Position numbers and translations under genes: made by a program
The notes under the pieces: model-generated
Told to the model about the DNA's origin: nothing
What the model saw: only the letters and a program-made list of their open reading frames with translations
Database searches by the model: none
Shown here: positions 12,889 through 25,322 of the stretch, piece by piece
How the letters are laid out: each line of letters begins with the position of its first letter
Position numbering within the stretch: the first letter of the stretch is position 1
NCBI GenBank assembly: GCA_026023565.1
Contig: JAPETS010000002.1
Location: 62,001 to 126,000, forward strand
Source of the DNA: Cirrosporium novae-zelandiae
Taxonomy: Eukaryota
DNA length: 64,000 bases
Direction of reading: 5' to 3'

Positions 12889-13992
12889 GTTGTTTGGATT
12901 GAGAAGTTGAGATTATAGGGAAGATAATTTGTTGTATGCGTCTCCTGCGATCTTCACTCACTGAAGGGCAGGCTTTGATTCGGATGCAGGCCTGTCTTAT
13001 CAGTGCTTACCGTTGAACCAAAACCTACAGTTCAAACAATGAATGAAAGATCATGACCCAGCGCACACATTAGATGGGCGAAAATGAGCTGTAAATATGA
13101 CAACAGTCGCCCCTTAAGTTGGGAGTCTGATAATAATTTGTTGTAACTCAGGAAAGTTTGGGATAATGGGCGCAAGATGGAAGCCTTCGAGGAGACGGGT
13201 TCGGGGCAACGAACGTGATAAATCGAGATGTGAAATGATGCTAGTAGTAGTATTTTGGCGCTGAAAGATAAAATGTGGAAAGAACGCAGCCAGGTATAGG
13301 GTAAAACTGGAAATTATCCTTGTCAGTGTAAATATTGCGACATTAAGAGGGCAGACAGCGCCTTAGGAGGATGAAAGCGCGAAGCGAACCGCGTTAAAGG
13401 AGCAGGATCGATGGATGATGATAACTTACCAGCTGAGGGTGAAGAGCAGTATATGAAGCTTGTTGCAAATAGCCACGCATACAGAGTAAATATTGCCCAC
13501 CTCCTGCGAGTCTTTTAGTCAAAGAGAAGGAAAGCGAGGTATCACAGTAGGTCTTGGTGTAGGATGGAAAGGCGCATTCGCTACGGTGATTGGTGTAAAT
13601 ATGGTCCCTGTCAAAACCCCGGTACGCGACATTAATCTTTCGGCATCCACCTCAATAACGTCTTTCGATCCTCACCAAAAAAATTTATCAAAAGAAAAAA
13701 CTAATTTTCACTAGGAACCATTATTCTTTTGAAAAAAAAATTATCATTGCTAAAGCCATGAAAGCCGATGGAAATACTTTTCATTGTTAATATAGGCTCT
13801 GGGACATTGGACATTGTTCAAAGGTGAAACTTGGATGAAGATTACTTTTGAAATAAATAAAAAAAAATTAAAGATTTAGAGCTTCTATTTTATCTGGATC
13901 TGCGGCTTGAAAGCTTAAAGTAATTTGGATCTTTCATCATCATTTCCACCTCGCTGGTGTTCAAATCTGGGGACTCTGATGTATGTTTTGTA

Positions 13993-14001
13993 GTCACGTG
14001 A
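13993..14001. promoter_or_regulatory. GTCACGTGA E-box (Cbf1/bHLH-type site) about 1.1 kb upstream of YTA7
   Basis: Motif match only; the same core recurs upstream of THO1 and VTS1. Confidence 0.35.
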
Positions 14002-14180
14002 TCTCCGGTCGGCAAGCACCCTCTTTACCTTTGGTCTTGGCTTTGAATTTGGCTCTGAATTTGGCTTTGGATTTGCTCTATTATTAGGTTTCTTAGTTAC
14101 TGAATTGTCGGGTCTACTCCATGCTCAAAGACACCTAGTTACAGTAATTAACTTAGGTACTTCTCTCCATTTCAAGCAAT

Positions 14181-15204
14181 TCATCCTTTTTTCTCCTCTA
14201 CCTTCTTCTTGGATAAACCGTCACTGATTAGTAGGGCGGCATCTTCCGGTGTCTTCCCTCTCACTCGAGCACCGGTTTGTTCTTTCCCCAACTCCGTATC
14301 TTCAGCTACGATTCTATACACCTCAGCAATAGCTTTGAACAAGTCACTTGAAAAGCCCCCTTGCTCTGCCATCGTATCTCCAATCTCTTCCATTTCCCTG
14401 ACCCATCTGTAAGCTTTAGGCGGCATCCCCACCAAACCTCTCTCTGCAAGCTCCCCAATCTTAGGATTGAATTCTTTCAAGTGTGTCCGCAGTTGATCAA
14501 GCACTCCAAGACGAGATGCTGTAGTAAACGATTCAGTGGCAAGAGCGGTAAGACCTTTAATAATACTTGCGAAACACATCTTCAGACCACTTGCGGAGCC
14601 GATGGAATCGTTGATGTGTCGTATATTCAGAGTTTCCGCAAGATTAGAACCGCTCGGTGCAGTATTGTCTTGAAATATCCGGGGCCCAGACACCACAAGG
14701 CTAGGCTTTTTCCACTCTGTTGGTCCGATAAGGGTGGGCGGCCCACCGATAATGCCTCCATCAAGAAAGGAGATCTGTGGGTTGGATTCAAACAATCTGG
14801 ATAACTCGAGGGTTGATTGCGGCGAAATTGCATTAAAATCTACGTAGTAAAGCTGTCCATTTCGATTCACATTGGTAGATTTGGATGCTTTTAAAACTCG
14901 CTCTGCTATTGATCGAGCATCTCTTGGAGGTGCGATGGAGAAGATGTAATCTGAGTGACAGTATATTTGTTCATCTGACGATAGATTTTCAACTTCTGCT
15001 TCCTGAATCCGTGTGCGCGTTGCCTGACTAGTAGACGGTTTATGTTAGAGCCCTCCAATAGAGTAGCAGAGTCAGTGTAAATACATACCTACGGTTTGAT
15101 GCAACAGTTACAACATGATAAGAGTTTGCTTTCAGTAATTTGGCGATTCCCATGCCCATATCTCCAATGGACATTATCCCGATTGTTGCTAGCCGTTTCT
15201 CCAT
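14181..15204 (-). CDS. 6-phosphogluconate-dehydrogenase-like NAD(P)-binding protein with C-terminal DUF1932-type domain; intron 15028-15088
   Basis: Spliced N-terminus MEKRLATIGIMSIGDMGMGIAKLL (Rossmann motif), YVDFNAISP, FLDGGIIGGPP, ASGLKMCFAS and PPKAYRWVREMEEI. Confidence 0.85.
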
Positions 15205-15634
15205 GATGAATGAAAATTATGATTCTTGTTTAGGAAGAGGGTTGATATTGATTCTTGGGACCCTGGTAGGATTTATCGCATAACAAAGTATCACATCATC
15301 GAAAGCGGCCCCACCGGCCAAGAGTAGTCGAGATATCTAACCAATCGAGCTGTATCGTGGGGAAATCATTAAAGGCTACTACTAGGGGGTCGGTTTTTAT
15401 ATCTACACTTCTCCACCTTTTCAAGTTCAGAACATATGTTTAGACGCTGCTATTTGTAGAACAGATAATCAGAACTACGGTTACGAGGTATGAACTATTA
15501 AAGGAATCTACTACACCCCAAAATTAACCAAATGCATTTCTTAGTGCTCCAGATTGAGAATTTACCAAAGCTTTTCATATATTCTGTTTCTCTTGAGTGG
15601 AAAGTTCTTCGGTGCTAGCTATCTCTATCCCTCT

Positions 15635-16207
15635 CTACCTCTCCATACCAACCCTGTTGAGACTACCTGAACCCTCAGATAAGATCTCCAACATCTTAGG
15701 CTCTCTATTCTCCAACTTTGGATTGAGGAGGAAGTAGGTGGTATTTGTAGTTTCCCAGTCCATTTCCGCAGGATCAGGTTGAATGGCCTCAAGTTCTTTT
15801 ATGAGGTTTTGCAGATCGTGCATGATAATCATACCGTTCACTAGAAGATTTCGGACACACCGAGCATATTTATCATGCAACGACCCCTTTTGAAAAGCTA
15901 ATTGTATTGACTCTTGCCTTGTTCGATGTTCATATGAACGATGCTCTTTGGAATGTCGTTCTGTTGAGACGCTCTTGTAGGTAGGATCTCTTGGGCATTT
16001 ATGGTTAGGTGTTATGAATTTCCGGTTGCCATAAACATGTCCAAGGTTCCTTTCCAATGCAAAGTTGCCCCTATTTCGAGCTTTCTTCCCACCTGTGAAG
16101 TTTCTATGCGTGGATATTTGCGAGCGGTTGAAAGGAGGAGATGCTTGACGGTTCCTAGAAGGAAGGTGCGACGAAATTTGCATATAGGGCTTGGATTTTC
16201 GCGTCAT
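15635..16207 (-). CDS. Hypothetical protein (190 aa; 5' end uncertain)
   Basis: Isolated ATG-initiated ORF with a basic N-terminal half and a helical-looking C-terminal half (…ELEAIQPDPAEMDWETT…). No family recognised. Confidence 0.45.
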   Translation of the reverse strand: MTRKSKPYMQISSHLPSRNRQASPPFNRSQISTHRNFTGGKKARNRGNFALERNLGHVYGNRKFITPNHKCPRDPTYKSVSTERHSKEHRSYEHRTRQESIQLAFQKGSLHDKYARCVRNLLVNGMIIMHDLQNLIKELEAIQPDPAEMDWETTNTTYFLLNPKLENREPKMLEILSEGSGSLNRVGMER

Positions 16208-18549
16208 GGTAAGGATTCTGATTAACTGTGATTAAATTACATGTGTGCTGACTATTCAGCATATTATATCCTGAGATTTTGTAGTTTTCAATGATGGCTG
16301 AGACATCCTGATTCCTTATCTAGTAGGAAGGCCTTTGTTAGTAAGGATAAGACAGGAAGCTTCTAAAGGCCTCAAGTTCGAGAAAGAGATAAATTTTGAC
16401 TAGTAGTACGTTCGTGTGTCGTGTGCACATCTCTATTGGAACCTTTAATTCCAGAACATTGCCTATGACAACCTATTCAAGGCATATTTTATTTGTAATA
16501 GAATTGAGCCAAAATTCTAGCTTTCTAAAGTCGCCATAGACTCCAACAATAAAGAGTAAAATAGACAAACGTTCATCCTTAGGGAAGTAGATCTTAATCA
16601 AGTCTAATTCTAACGCACAGGCTAATCTGATATTAGTAACAAGCAATGGCGGGAAATGGATACGAGCCCACGTAGCCTTAGACCGCATTGATATGAGGTT
16701 CGTGTTCTTCTTGTAGGTTATAATTTGGTCCCGGAAGGGACGCATGAACTAAATATCCCGTGCCTTGGCAGAGCTTGATAAACTTGATGGGTATCAATGC
16801 TTTGGTGTTAAAGTATACATGGAACGGTTACACAAGGTAGAGTCGAAGGGTTAAGAATCTTGGCTATGATATATTCTAGGACATTCTGGTAAGTGCTTCT
16901 ATATAGGAAAGTGGATAGATTTGACATTCAGATTGCTATTACCATCTGGGTTTCGGGGAGAAAGCTGGGAGTTTGCAGATGCAGCCTAAGTCCCCCGGGA
17001 TGCCTTTTGGTGTATATAGGCTTTAGCTTAAGAGATGGTGGGTGATCTTTTGTCTATTTGTTCTGGGACATTCTCTAAGTTAGTGAATTATCGCAACCGA
17101 ATTAGATATTGTCTTTGATATCTTTTCCGGTAAGAGCATTCAGTAGTAGTGTTGGGTTGCGACATGATGTTGGCAGAAGCAATACTTAGCCTCGTGAGAA
17201 AATAGCTTTTCCACACAGCAAAGCATTGCTAAGCACTGATTGACTATCAGTAGATGCCAGGAGGCTTTTAATTATTTCAGCAGATCACATGAGTAATTTT
17301 CGTTTCTTGTATTTTATGGATGCGGAGGAGGCATGTCCGTGGCCAAGGAGGGAAGTGCTCAATACTTGGCTTTGGGATTGATGAGAATTCTTAGTTATGG
17401 CAAAGCGATTGAAGGAACACGATGGCATGAGCTTTATTCATAGATGAACAGTAACTTAGCCTATAAATGTCATTCAGCCAGTGTCCGGCTTCTGGAAGTG
17501 ATTAGTTGTGATTGAGGTAGTGTTTTTATAGCACGTTGATATGGAGGAGGTGGAGGATATTTGACAAGGGTAATCACTTACAACTTACACAGTACACGGT
17601 CCTGTAGGTATACTGAGTACATACCTGTACTTAGTATCTATAACCTGTATAACCTGGGATGGCAGATTGGGCTACCCCACAAAGTTATCGTTGACTTGTT
17701 GACTCGTTGGAGACTGGTGGATTAAAGCGAGACCATCAATCATCTTTAGGCGAGTAACATAACGTGTCTCGCTTACATTGAGGTAGCAACCTTGAAAAAG
17801 CAGCAATGTTCAATTGACCAATGATGGAGTAAATATCTTGTGCGATGCCAAATTAACGTTGACTTTCTGGTCGTTAGGATTCTGCACTAGAGGGTGGAAA
17901 CTTTTGCGGAGGCTACGGTCCGTTTTTTTCAACTCTTCCCCAGACCTTTGTACCAATTAATATACAATACAATGTACGGTAACCGAAGAAAGACTCGAGG
18001 GCTACCACAGTACAGTAAAAACTCGAGAAATCTTGGGGTTCTTGCCCATGCACTCCTATTAGCTCCGATTGGGCCCCTTTTGAGTCTCGTTTCGCCTCGT
18101 GATTGTTGTTAATATAATGAATTAGTACAAGTTGACATCTGAGAGTTCCACCACACTTACCAACTTTCACCAATCCAAGACTTGAAAGACTTGAATGTCT
18201 AGTTTACACAGAAAAACACACCCCATACAGTCTCATACAAGCATCATGATCCTAGTTCTCATCCCGAAAACATCATTTCCGCTCCATCTTTTTGTCGCAT
18301 AGTCGTGCCGTCTCACCGTAGAGGATACGGGGTTCGGTCCTTGAACCGTGTAATCTACTCACCCAGTATGGCTCACCATCTGATGCTTCGCCTTCTCTGT
18401 GCTTTATATTTGGCCATAAAGCCCTTCCTACAAACCGCACCGATTCTTCGATTGCGGCTATCTGTTACTCCGGTTGTGTACTTGACTACTTCTATTCTTC
18501 AAGTCTAGAAACACCCTGAATACCCAGTCAGCCCATTAAATTTTCTAGT

Positions 18550-20419
18550 ATGGATGACTCTGAGAAGCCGGTGGAGAGGCAGGAGAGCATACCGCAGGCT
18601 AATAAACAACCCACAAAGGTTAAAGCTGTGCAAAGTGTTGCCTTGGCGGATGCCCATGAAAAACAGAAGCCTTCGCCATGGACATTCCGAATGTTCCAGG
18701 TAAACCAATCTCAGACTCCAACCATGGTCTCTATACTAATATTGACCAGCTCTATGGCTGTCTGCTGGTTGCGACTTTCAACTCATGTATCAATGGTTAC
18801 GATGGATCCTTAATGGGCTCTATCAACAGCTACCCCCAATACCGGAAGTACTTTGGTTTTGATCTCGACAGTGGAACTCCTAGTACAGGAATCGTCTACG
18901 CTATTTATACTATTGGTAACATTGTTGGTTCCTTTGCCGCAGGCCCCGCAACAGACTGGAGAGGTTCGTATCATCAGCAAATGCACAACTCTGAAGAAGT
19001 TACTCATATGGTTTAGGTCGACGCATGGGCATGTGGATTGGGTCTCTCTTCATCATTATTGGTACTTGTGTCCAAGGCCCATCTACAAACCTCGCTGGGT
19101 TTATGATTGGCCGATTTATTCTTGGGTTTGGGGTCGCCATTTGCGCGTCCGCCGGCCCATCCTATGTTTCGGAGATGGCTCATCCGTCTTATCGTGGTAC
19201 CATGACCGGAGTATACAACACATTTTGGTATATAGGAGGGATTCCAGGAACCTTTGTTCCATACGGAACGTCCTATATCGAGGGAGCTAAAGCATGGCGG
19301 ATTCCGGTCTGGCTCCAGATGTTGTTTGCTGGCATTGTGTTTTGTTTCTGTCTTTTCCTACCTGAGGTAAGAAGCCCAACAAAACATGGCCTGAAGTCTA
19401 TAAACAACGGCTAACAATTGAGTTTAGAGCCCGCGATGGCTGATAGCACACGACCGTCATGAAGAAGCTCTGGACGTGATGGCTAAATACCACGGAGAGG
19501 GCAGCCGAGACTCGCCAATCGTTCAGCTTGAGTACCGGGAAATGGTTGAAGATATTTCTATTACTGGATCGGATAAGCGTTGGTGGGATTATAGAGAATT
19601 GTTCAACAGCAGGGAGGTCGGATATCGGTCGCTCCTTGTCATATTTATGGGTAAGATTCCACCAAATCCTATTAATACATTATTGAATTAAACATGGCTT
19701 ATGAATATTCAGGCTTCTTTGGTCAATGGTCCGGTAATGGCCCCGTCAGTTATTACTATCCACAAATGCTCCAAGGTGCCGGAATCACCGATAACCATCG
19801 TCAGCTCCTACTCCAAGGGATGCAGAATCTCGTCTCATTCTTTGGCGCCGTCTTCGGTGCCTTCTTCACGGACAAATGGGGCCGCCGACCACAGTTACTA
19901 GTCTGCACAGGAACCGTCGTCTTCCTCTTCGTCATCATCCTAGCCCTCAACGCCACCAACATCACATTCCACGCAGACGGAACCCAAACAACCAAGAACT
20001 CCTCAGCAGCCAAAGCCGAAATCGCCATGATTTTCATCTTCGGCTTTGTCTTCTCTGCAGGCTACACCCCACTGCAAGGACTCTACCCCGTGGAGTGCCT
20101 CCGCTACGAATCCCGCGCCAAGGGAATGGGCATGTACAACTTCTGGGTCAACATCGCCGGCTTCTACAACACCTTCGTCACGGGAATCGCCTTCTCAAAC
20201 GCCCACTGGAAATATTATTTCCTGTTTGTCTTTTGGGACATATTCGAGTTTTCGTGTATTTACTTCTTCTTCGTCGAGACCAAGAACCGCACCCTCGAAG
20301 AGCTTACGGAGATTTTCAAGTCTAAGCATCCGGTTCGCATGTCGTTGCACCCGACGGAGGTGATTCTGCATGGTGATGACGGCGTGACAGAGATTCTTGA
20401 GAAGCCCCAGACCGCTTGA
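18550..20419 (+). CDS. MFS sugar porter, lactose permease/cellodextrin transporter-like; exons 18550-18699, 18750-18963, 19017-19366, 19428-19650, 19713-20419
   Basis: NGYDGSLMG, D-W-R-G-R-R, GRFILG, YVSEMAHPSYRG, PESPRWL, FFGQWSGN, DKWGRR and VETKNRTLEEL motifs. Four canonical introns in consistent phase. Confidence 0.93.
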
Positions 20420-21746
20420 GAGGGGTAAGTAAGTGCATATATGTGCAAATGTAATTAGTTGTTGGGATCCATCACCTTGGAAGGGGATTTGAAGTTCAAG
20501 TTGTTGTTTGAAAAATAAGGAAACCAAATCCATAAGCCATTATTAGTATTATCATTTCTTCCTCATTCAATCAGTAAACCACCACACCACTTAAGCTAGC
20601 TAGCTCGAAGAAATTCCACCTAGTCTAATAATAACAGAACCCTTTTTTTTGTCATTATTTTATACCTCTATACCTAGATTTCCTAAAAGATTTTTCTTCC
20701 CCCTTAAAAACCTGAAGATTTGTTCGTATAGATATACACATATACACATAGAAACTATTAAGTAGTCCCACCCAATTTATTCACCCTCACCCCATTCTTT
20801 ATAGAGCAGAGGATATAAATATCCCCATCTCTGGTATTCTCCCTCTCTTTCCTCCCTTCTCCTTCTATCCCCCTTTATATACATGTCTGTCCTTATGCCT
20901 ATTCCTTATAAATGGATTGGATAATAGATATAAGATGCAATACACACTATTCTATTCTACAAGTTTTGAAATGCCTTTCTACTCTTCCTCCCGAGGAAGC
21001 TAGGTTGGTAGGTAGGTAAGTAAGTACTTACTTATCACCATTGCCATTACCATCACAACCTTACAACTAGTATGACCCCTCCCCTCCCCCCCTCTCCTTT
21101 CTCCTTCATATCTTATGTATTGTATTTTAATGTAGAGAAGGGTATGGAGGGTACGTAGAAAAGCAAGGCAAGTGGAGTTTAATAAGTTACGTTAAGTCAA
21201 ACCAAGTCAAATTAGTTTAGTTAGCAACGGCTCGATTTTTTTTATTTTCTTATTTTCTTATTTCCTTATTTTTTTTGTTAGTGGCTTTGAGAAACCAACT
21301 TTCCCCGACACGACAGCTACAAAGTTTGATTTTTGATAGACGGACGGACAACAACGTCAAAAACGCAAAACGCAAAGCGTATAGGATATGGTACATGTAG
21401 ATTTTTTCGAAGTGAGGCAAGTAGTAGCAGTAGCAGTAGGAGTAGCATAGATACACATGCCATGAATACATGAATGGATGCATGGGATCGCATAGAAAGA
21501 GACCGTTTTTCTTAATTTGTTAATATTTGATGGATTCTGCATGATTTTCTTTCTTTCCCTTCCCATCCCTCCCCTCTCTCCTTTCCCTCCCTAAAAAACG
21601 AAACCAGAAAAAAAAAGCCGCAGTACGAACTCATGAAAGCCAGCCAGCCCCCCCTCCCTTTGGACGCCCCTAAAATAAGAAAGGAAGAAGAAAGAAAGAA
21701 AAAATTATTTGTATAATAAATAAGATTTGGGGTCGCAAGAATTTGT

Positions 21747-22616
21747 TTAAGAGGCAGCGGGACCAGCAAATCTCTTCTTTCTTGCCTCTGCGGCCAGTCG
21801 ATCCTTATCGCTGTTGAAAGCAGAGGGACCACCACGACCGGAAGCGGATTTTTCGACTCTGTTTCCACCACCGTATCTGGGGTTGCGTCTGCCACCGCCT
21901 CCTCCTGCTCGTCCCCCTCGTCCTCCTCGCTGCTGGAATCGTCTCTTTCCATCCCGTCCTCCGTCTTCCTCGCGCACTCTCTTCTTCCTTTCTGGGAGCG
22001 CTTCATCTAATCCTCTGACGCCGGCGCTAGATTCCGCTTGTTCGTCGGTGGTAGCGGTTCCTGTTCCAAACCTTTTCGCTCGTTCAAGCGTTTTTAATGC
22101 ATCGGAATCGGTTTCTGTGATGCCAAAACGCTGGGCGCGTGCTTTGCGTTTTGCGATTTCGGTGTCCAGGTCGGACTTTGCGAGACCGGTGCTGAAATCA
22201 ACGGGAGGTTTAGCGTCTTCGGTTGTCACTTTGGCGGGCTTTTCAACTTCTTCGGTGGTGGCGGTCAGGGCGTCGACGGCAACTCCAGTAACCTGTAGAT
22301 CAGAAGTCGTGCTGGGGTCAATGTCGACTTGTTGGTTGGGCACGACAGTGGGGTTTGCGACTTGTCCCTGGCCACCGGCAGCCAGAGCAGCGGCAGCAGG
22401 TTCCGTTGTAGCCTTAGCGGGTTCAGTATCTTCTTCCCAGTCGATCTCGTCTTCAACGGGTGGAGGCGCGGCTACTGCGGCGGAGGCAGCTTGGGATTTG
22501 TCGTGTTGTTCCAGACGTTCAATTAATTCGGTTTTCTTGCCAGTGTGAGAGAGACCGCGAGATTTGAGTAGTTCTTGAAGCTCGTTGACCTTTTTCTTGG
22601 AGTATTCTTGCGCCAT
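21747..22616 (-). CDS. THO1: SAP-domain RNA-binding mRNP/export factor (Tho1/SARNP/CIP29-like)
   Basis: N-terminal SAP domain (KVNELQELLKSRGLSHTGKKTELIERL), repeated RAxRFG/RKKRF motifs and an RGG-rich C-terminus. Confidence 0.88.
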   Translation of the reverse strand: MAQEYSKKKVNELQELLKSRGLSHTGKKTELIERLEQHDKSQAASAAVAAPPPVEDEIDWEEDTEPAKATTEPAAAALAAGGQGQVANPTVVPNQQVDIDPSTTSDLQVTGVAVDALTATTEEVEKPAKVTTEDAKPPVDFSTGLAKSDLDTEIAKRKARAQRFGITETDSDALKTLERAKRFGTGTATTDEQAESSAGVRGLDEALPERKKRVREEDGGRDGKRRFQQRGGRGGRAGGGGGRRNPRYGGGNRVEKSASGRGGPSAFNSDKDRLAAEARKKRFAGPAAS

Positions 22617-22864
22617 CTTGGATGGTGCAGAGGTGACTTAAAGGGAGTGTTCAGGGGAATGTTCAAGGAGCATTCAGTATGAATAATTCAAAGGAGGGAT
22701 GATTAAATCCAGTTAAATAATAAATATTATGGTAGTGCGACCAGAAATTGATGGTTGAATTTCGAAGTTGACTAGAAAGTGAAGCTGAACGGGACAGAGC
22801 AATGGAGAAAGTCGCGTCTCGTCCCAACCTCCCAACGCAAAAATGGAGCTTGTCAGAGCCGCGA

Positions 22865-22872
22865 TCACGTGA
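22865..22872. promoter_or_regulatory. TCACGTGA E-box about 250 bp upstream of THO1
   Basis: Palindromic motif match in the proximal promoter. Confidence 0.4.
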
Positions 22873-23498
22873 TGTGACGAAGTTAATTATTTGTCTCAGC
22901 TGTCAAGTGAAAATCCGAAAACGATCAACTTGGGATTTGATGCCTCAGGCCTTACAGAATTGAATCCCATCTTATCTTCAACGGAGCTGGCAAAGAAAGG
23001 ATGAAAGTGGTACTATTGGTTTGGATCGGATACTTTAATATTGTCATCTCGTGTTCATCTTTCCCATTCTAGTTGAGAAAAAATATTCAAGTCACTTGAA
23101 TGAATAGTACGTATTTATAACTATATGTCTGTATTGTTATGATTTTCAAAAATACCCTGCATTTACCGCATTCGGCAATAAACAAAAGATTAATTATAAA
23201 AAGTACGCTTGATGCAAGTACTTTACAGTACCCTACAGCCTGAGACTAAACGATAGACAGTAAACTTCCCGTTCTTGACGTTCTTGAGGGGGTTTGACCA
23301 CGGTGATCATCTTGGATTTTTATTTTCCGAATGGGATGACGAAGTTGAATCGGGAAGGATTTAATTTATTTTATTTCGATTCCGAACGAAACCCTTGATT
23401 ATTATTGAATTGCGACTACTACTACAGTAACTACGAATCCTCTCATTATGTTTTTTTTTTTTTCGCCTTGGGCTCAGGGATGATCAATATTCAAGCCT

Positions 23499-23561
23499 AG
23501 ACAGGTCAGACAGAACAGGCCAGACAGGCCAGACAGGCCAGATAGACCAGATAGACCAGAC
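23499..23561. repeat. Degenerate 9-bp tandem repeat (AGACAGGCC/AGATAGACC)
   Basis: Directly visible. Confidence 0.85.
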
Positions 23562-25322
23562 TTGATTAGCAGTGTTTTGATACTGCAAGATACAATTGAT
23601 GATGATCCCGGCAGAGCTGAAGGCAAAAATTTACTTAGTACAAAGGTAGTGAGTATCATCAACCACACGTGCCACGTTGAAGTCCGTACTTGTGGCTTTT
23701 GGACGATCTTTCATTCTACTGCAAGTACTGACGTTGAAGCAAAAAGATGGGAAAAAGACTGAATGAAGAAAAGACTGCTGAGCCTCACCTCATGAGCCTC
23801 ATGACGGGCGCCTCAGTGATTGGGTACATGAGGCTGTCGGGGGCTATCGGGCGGTCGGGCTGTCGGACTGTCGGGTTGTTTCTGGATCGCCACAACTGGT
23901 CAATGAAGCGGTCAATGGGGTACCAAAGTAGTCAAGCCACAAGCGACCCCGCTGTCAAGTAACAAGCACGACAAGTAAAAACCCGGAAGCTGTCATAGCC
24001 ATGGCTCTGATCATCTATGGGTCGAAGAGTTTTCGAGTTTTCTCCATCCAGCTTTAAATCGAATACCTTTTACATTCTACTAATTACAGCATTACAGCAA
24101 AACTAAACAAATCAAGATAACTAGTGCTGTGCCACTTGAGACCTTCTTTTTTTTTGGTGGCTGAGTACATGAATACATCACAGCTAGGATAGCTACCTGC
24201 ATGTAGGTATCTAGAGATAGTTAGTGTACCAAAAAAAAAGTATACCCATCAAGAAAGAAAGAGAAAAAAAAAAAAAACCTGTCTATCAGTGGTCACCGAC
24301 TTCCTCTTTTCTCATTGACTCACAGATGGGAGAAAATCTTAGCCCTGTTAGCAGTTTACCAAAATGGCTACCAATGAGACCCTAACCTAACTAATCAACT
24401 AACCAAGGTTTTCTATCCAAAGAGAATGGCTTGTAATTATATCTCGATTATTATGATCTATGGACCCTGATGGTCCCATCCCGAGACTTCTCAGCAGCCC
24501 AGTTCTTTAGGGCTCTTAGCATCCCATTTAGCTCTACCTTTTTTCAACAATCAACGCAACCCAGACATGGTCTTAGGATATTGTACTATCCTATTAGTCC
24601 CAAGACACCATCTCAACGATTCAGCGAACGCACCTATAACTACTTTTATTAAACGCTTTCAGCCTGCTGGACTGAGACTGATCGTCAACCATCAATCCTC
24701 AATCCCATCCCCTCAGTGGCCCCCCACTAAACCTCGGCGGCTCTGAAATCCTTCCCGTCCTGTCATTGACCTCTTCCTGTTCCGTCCCACATCCTCTCTA
24801 TTATCACATCTTCAACTGAAAGTCCTCCATCCTCTTTTCGCACAATTTGCTATACGAGTCTTCTCTTCAAAACTTACCGTCAAACTATATTACTTTTATA
24901 ATTTTTTTATCTTTATTAAATATAATACCCCTCTTCGTCGCCAGTGCCAATATTTATATCCCTCATAACTATTCGGGGTTTATCGGCTACGTGCAGGTCG
25001 CACAACTGATCGTGTTCCTGTTGCTACTTTCCCTCGTCCCTCGGTTCATCCTCAGCCTGGCAACATTCTTTTCCACGCTCGTCTTTTCGGCCCCCTGCTG
25101 CTAGGTTTAAGGGGAATACATTCAACCCGATTGAACTAGACTCCATTTGTGGGAATTCGGGAAACCGCTGAAAAGATAACTGACGCTAAAGCTTTCTCCA
25201 TCAACAACATCCGATGTTCAGATCCATGGCTCAAAAGGATTAAGAGTAGATATGCTACGCTTGAACTGCCAACGGCTTCGTGATAGCTTTCCTTCCAACA
25301 TATACTTGGACTACCAACCATC

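Noticed and set aside
21814..22548. 244-aa antisense ORF over THO1
   Set aside because: Codon-register shadow of the real gene.
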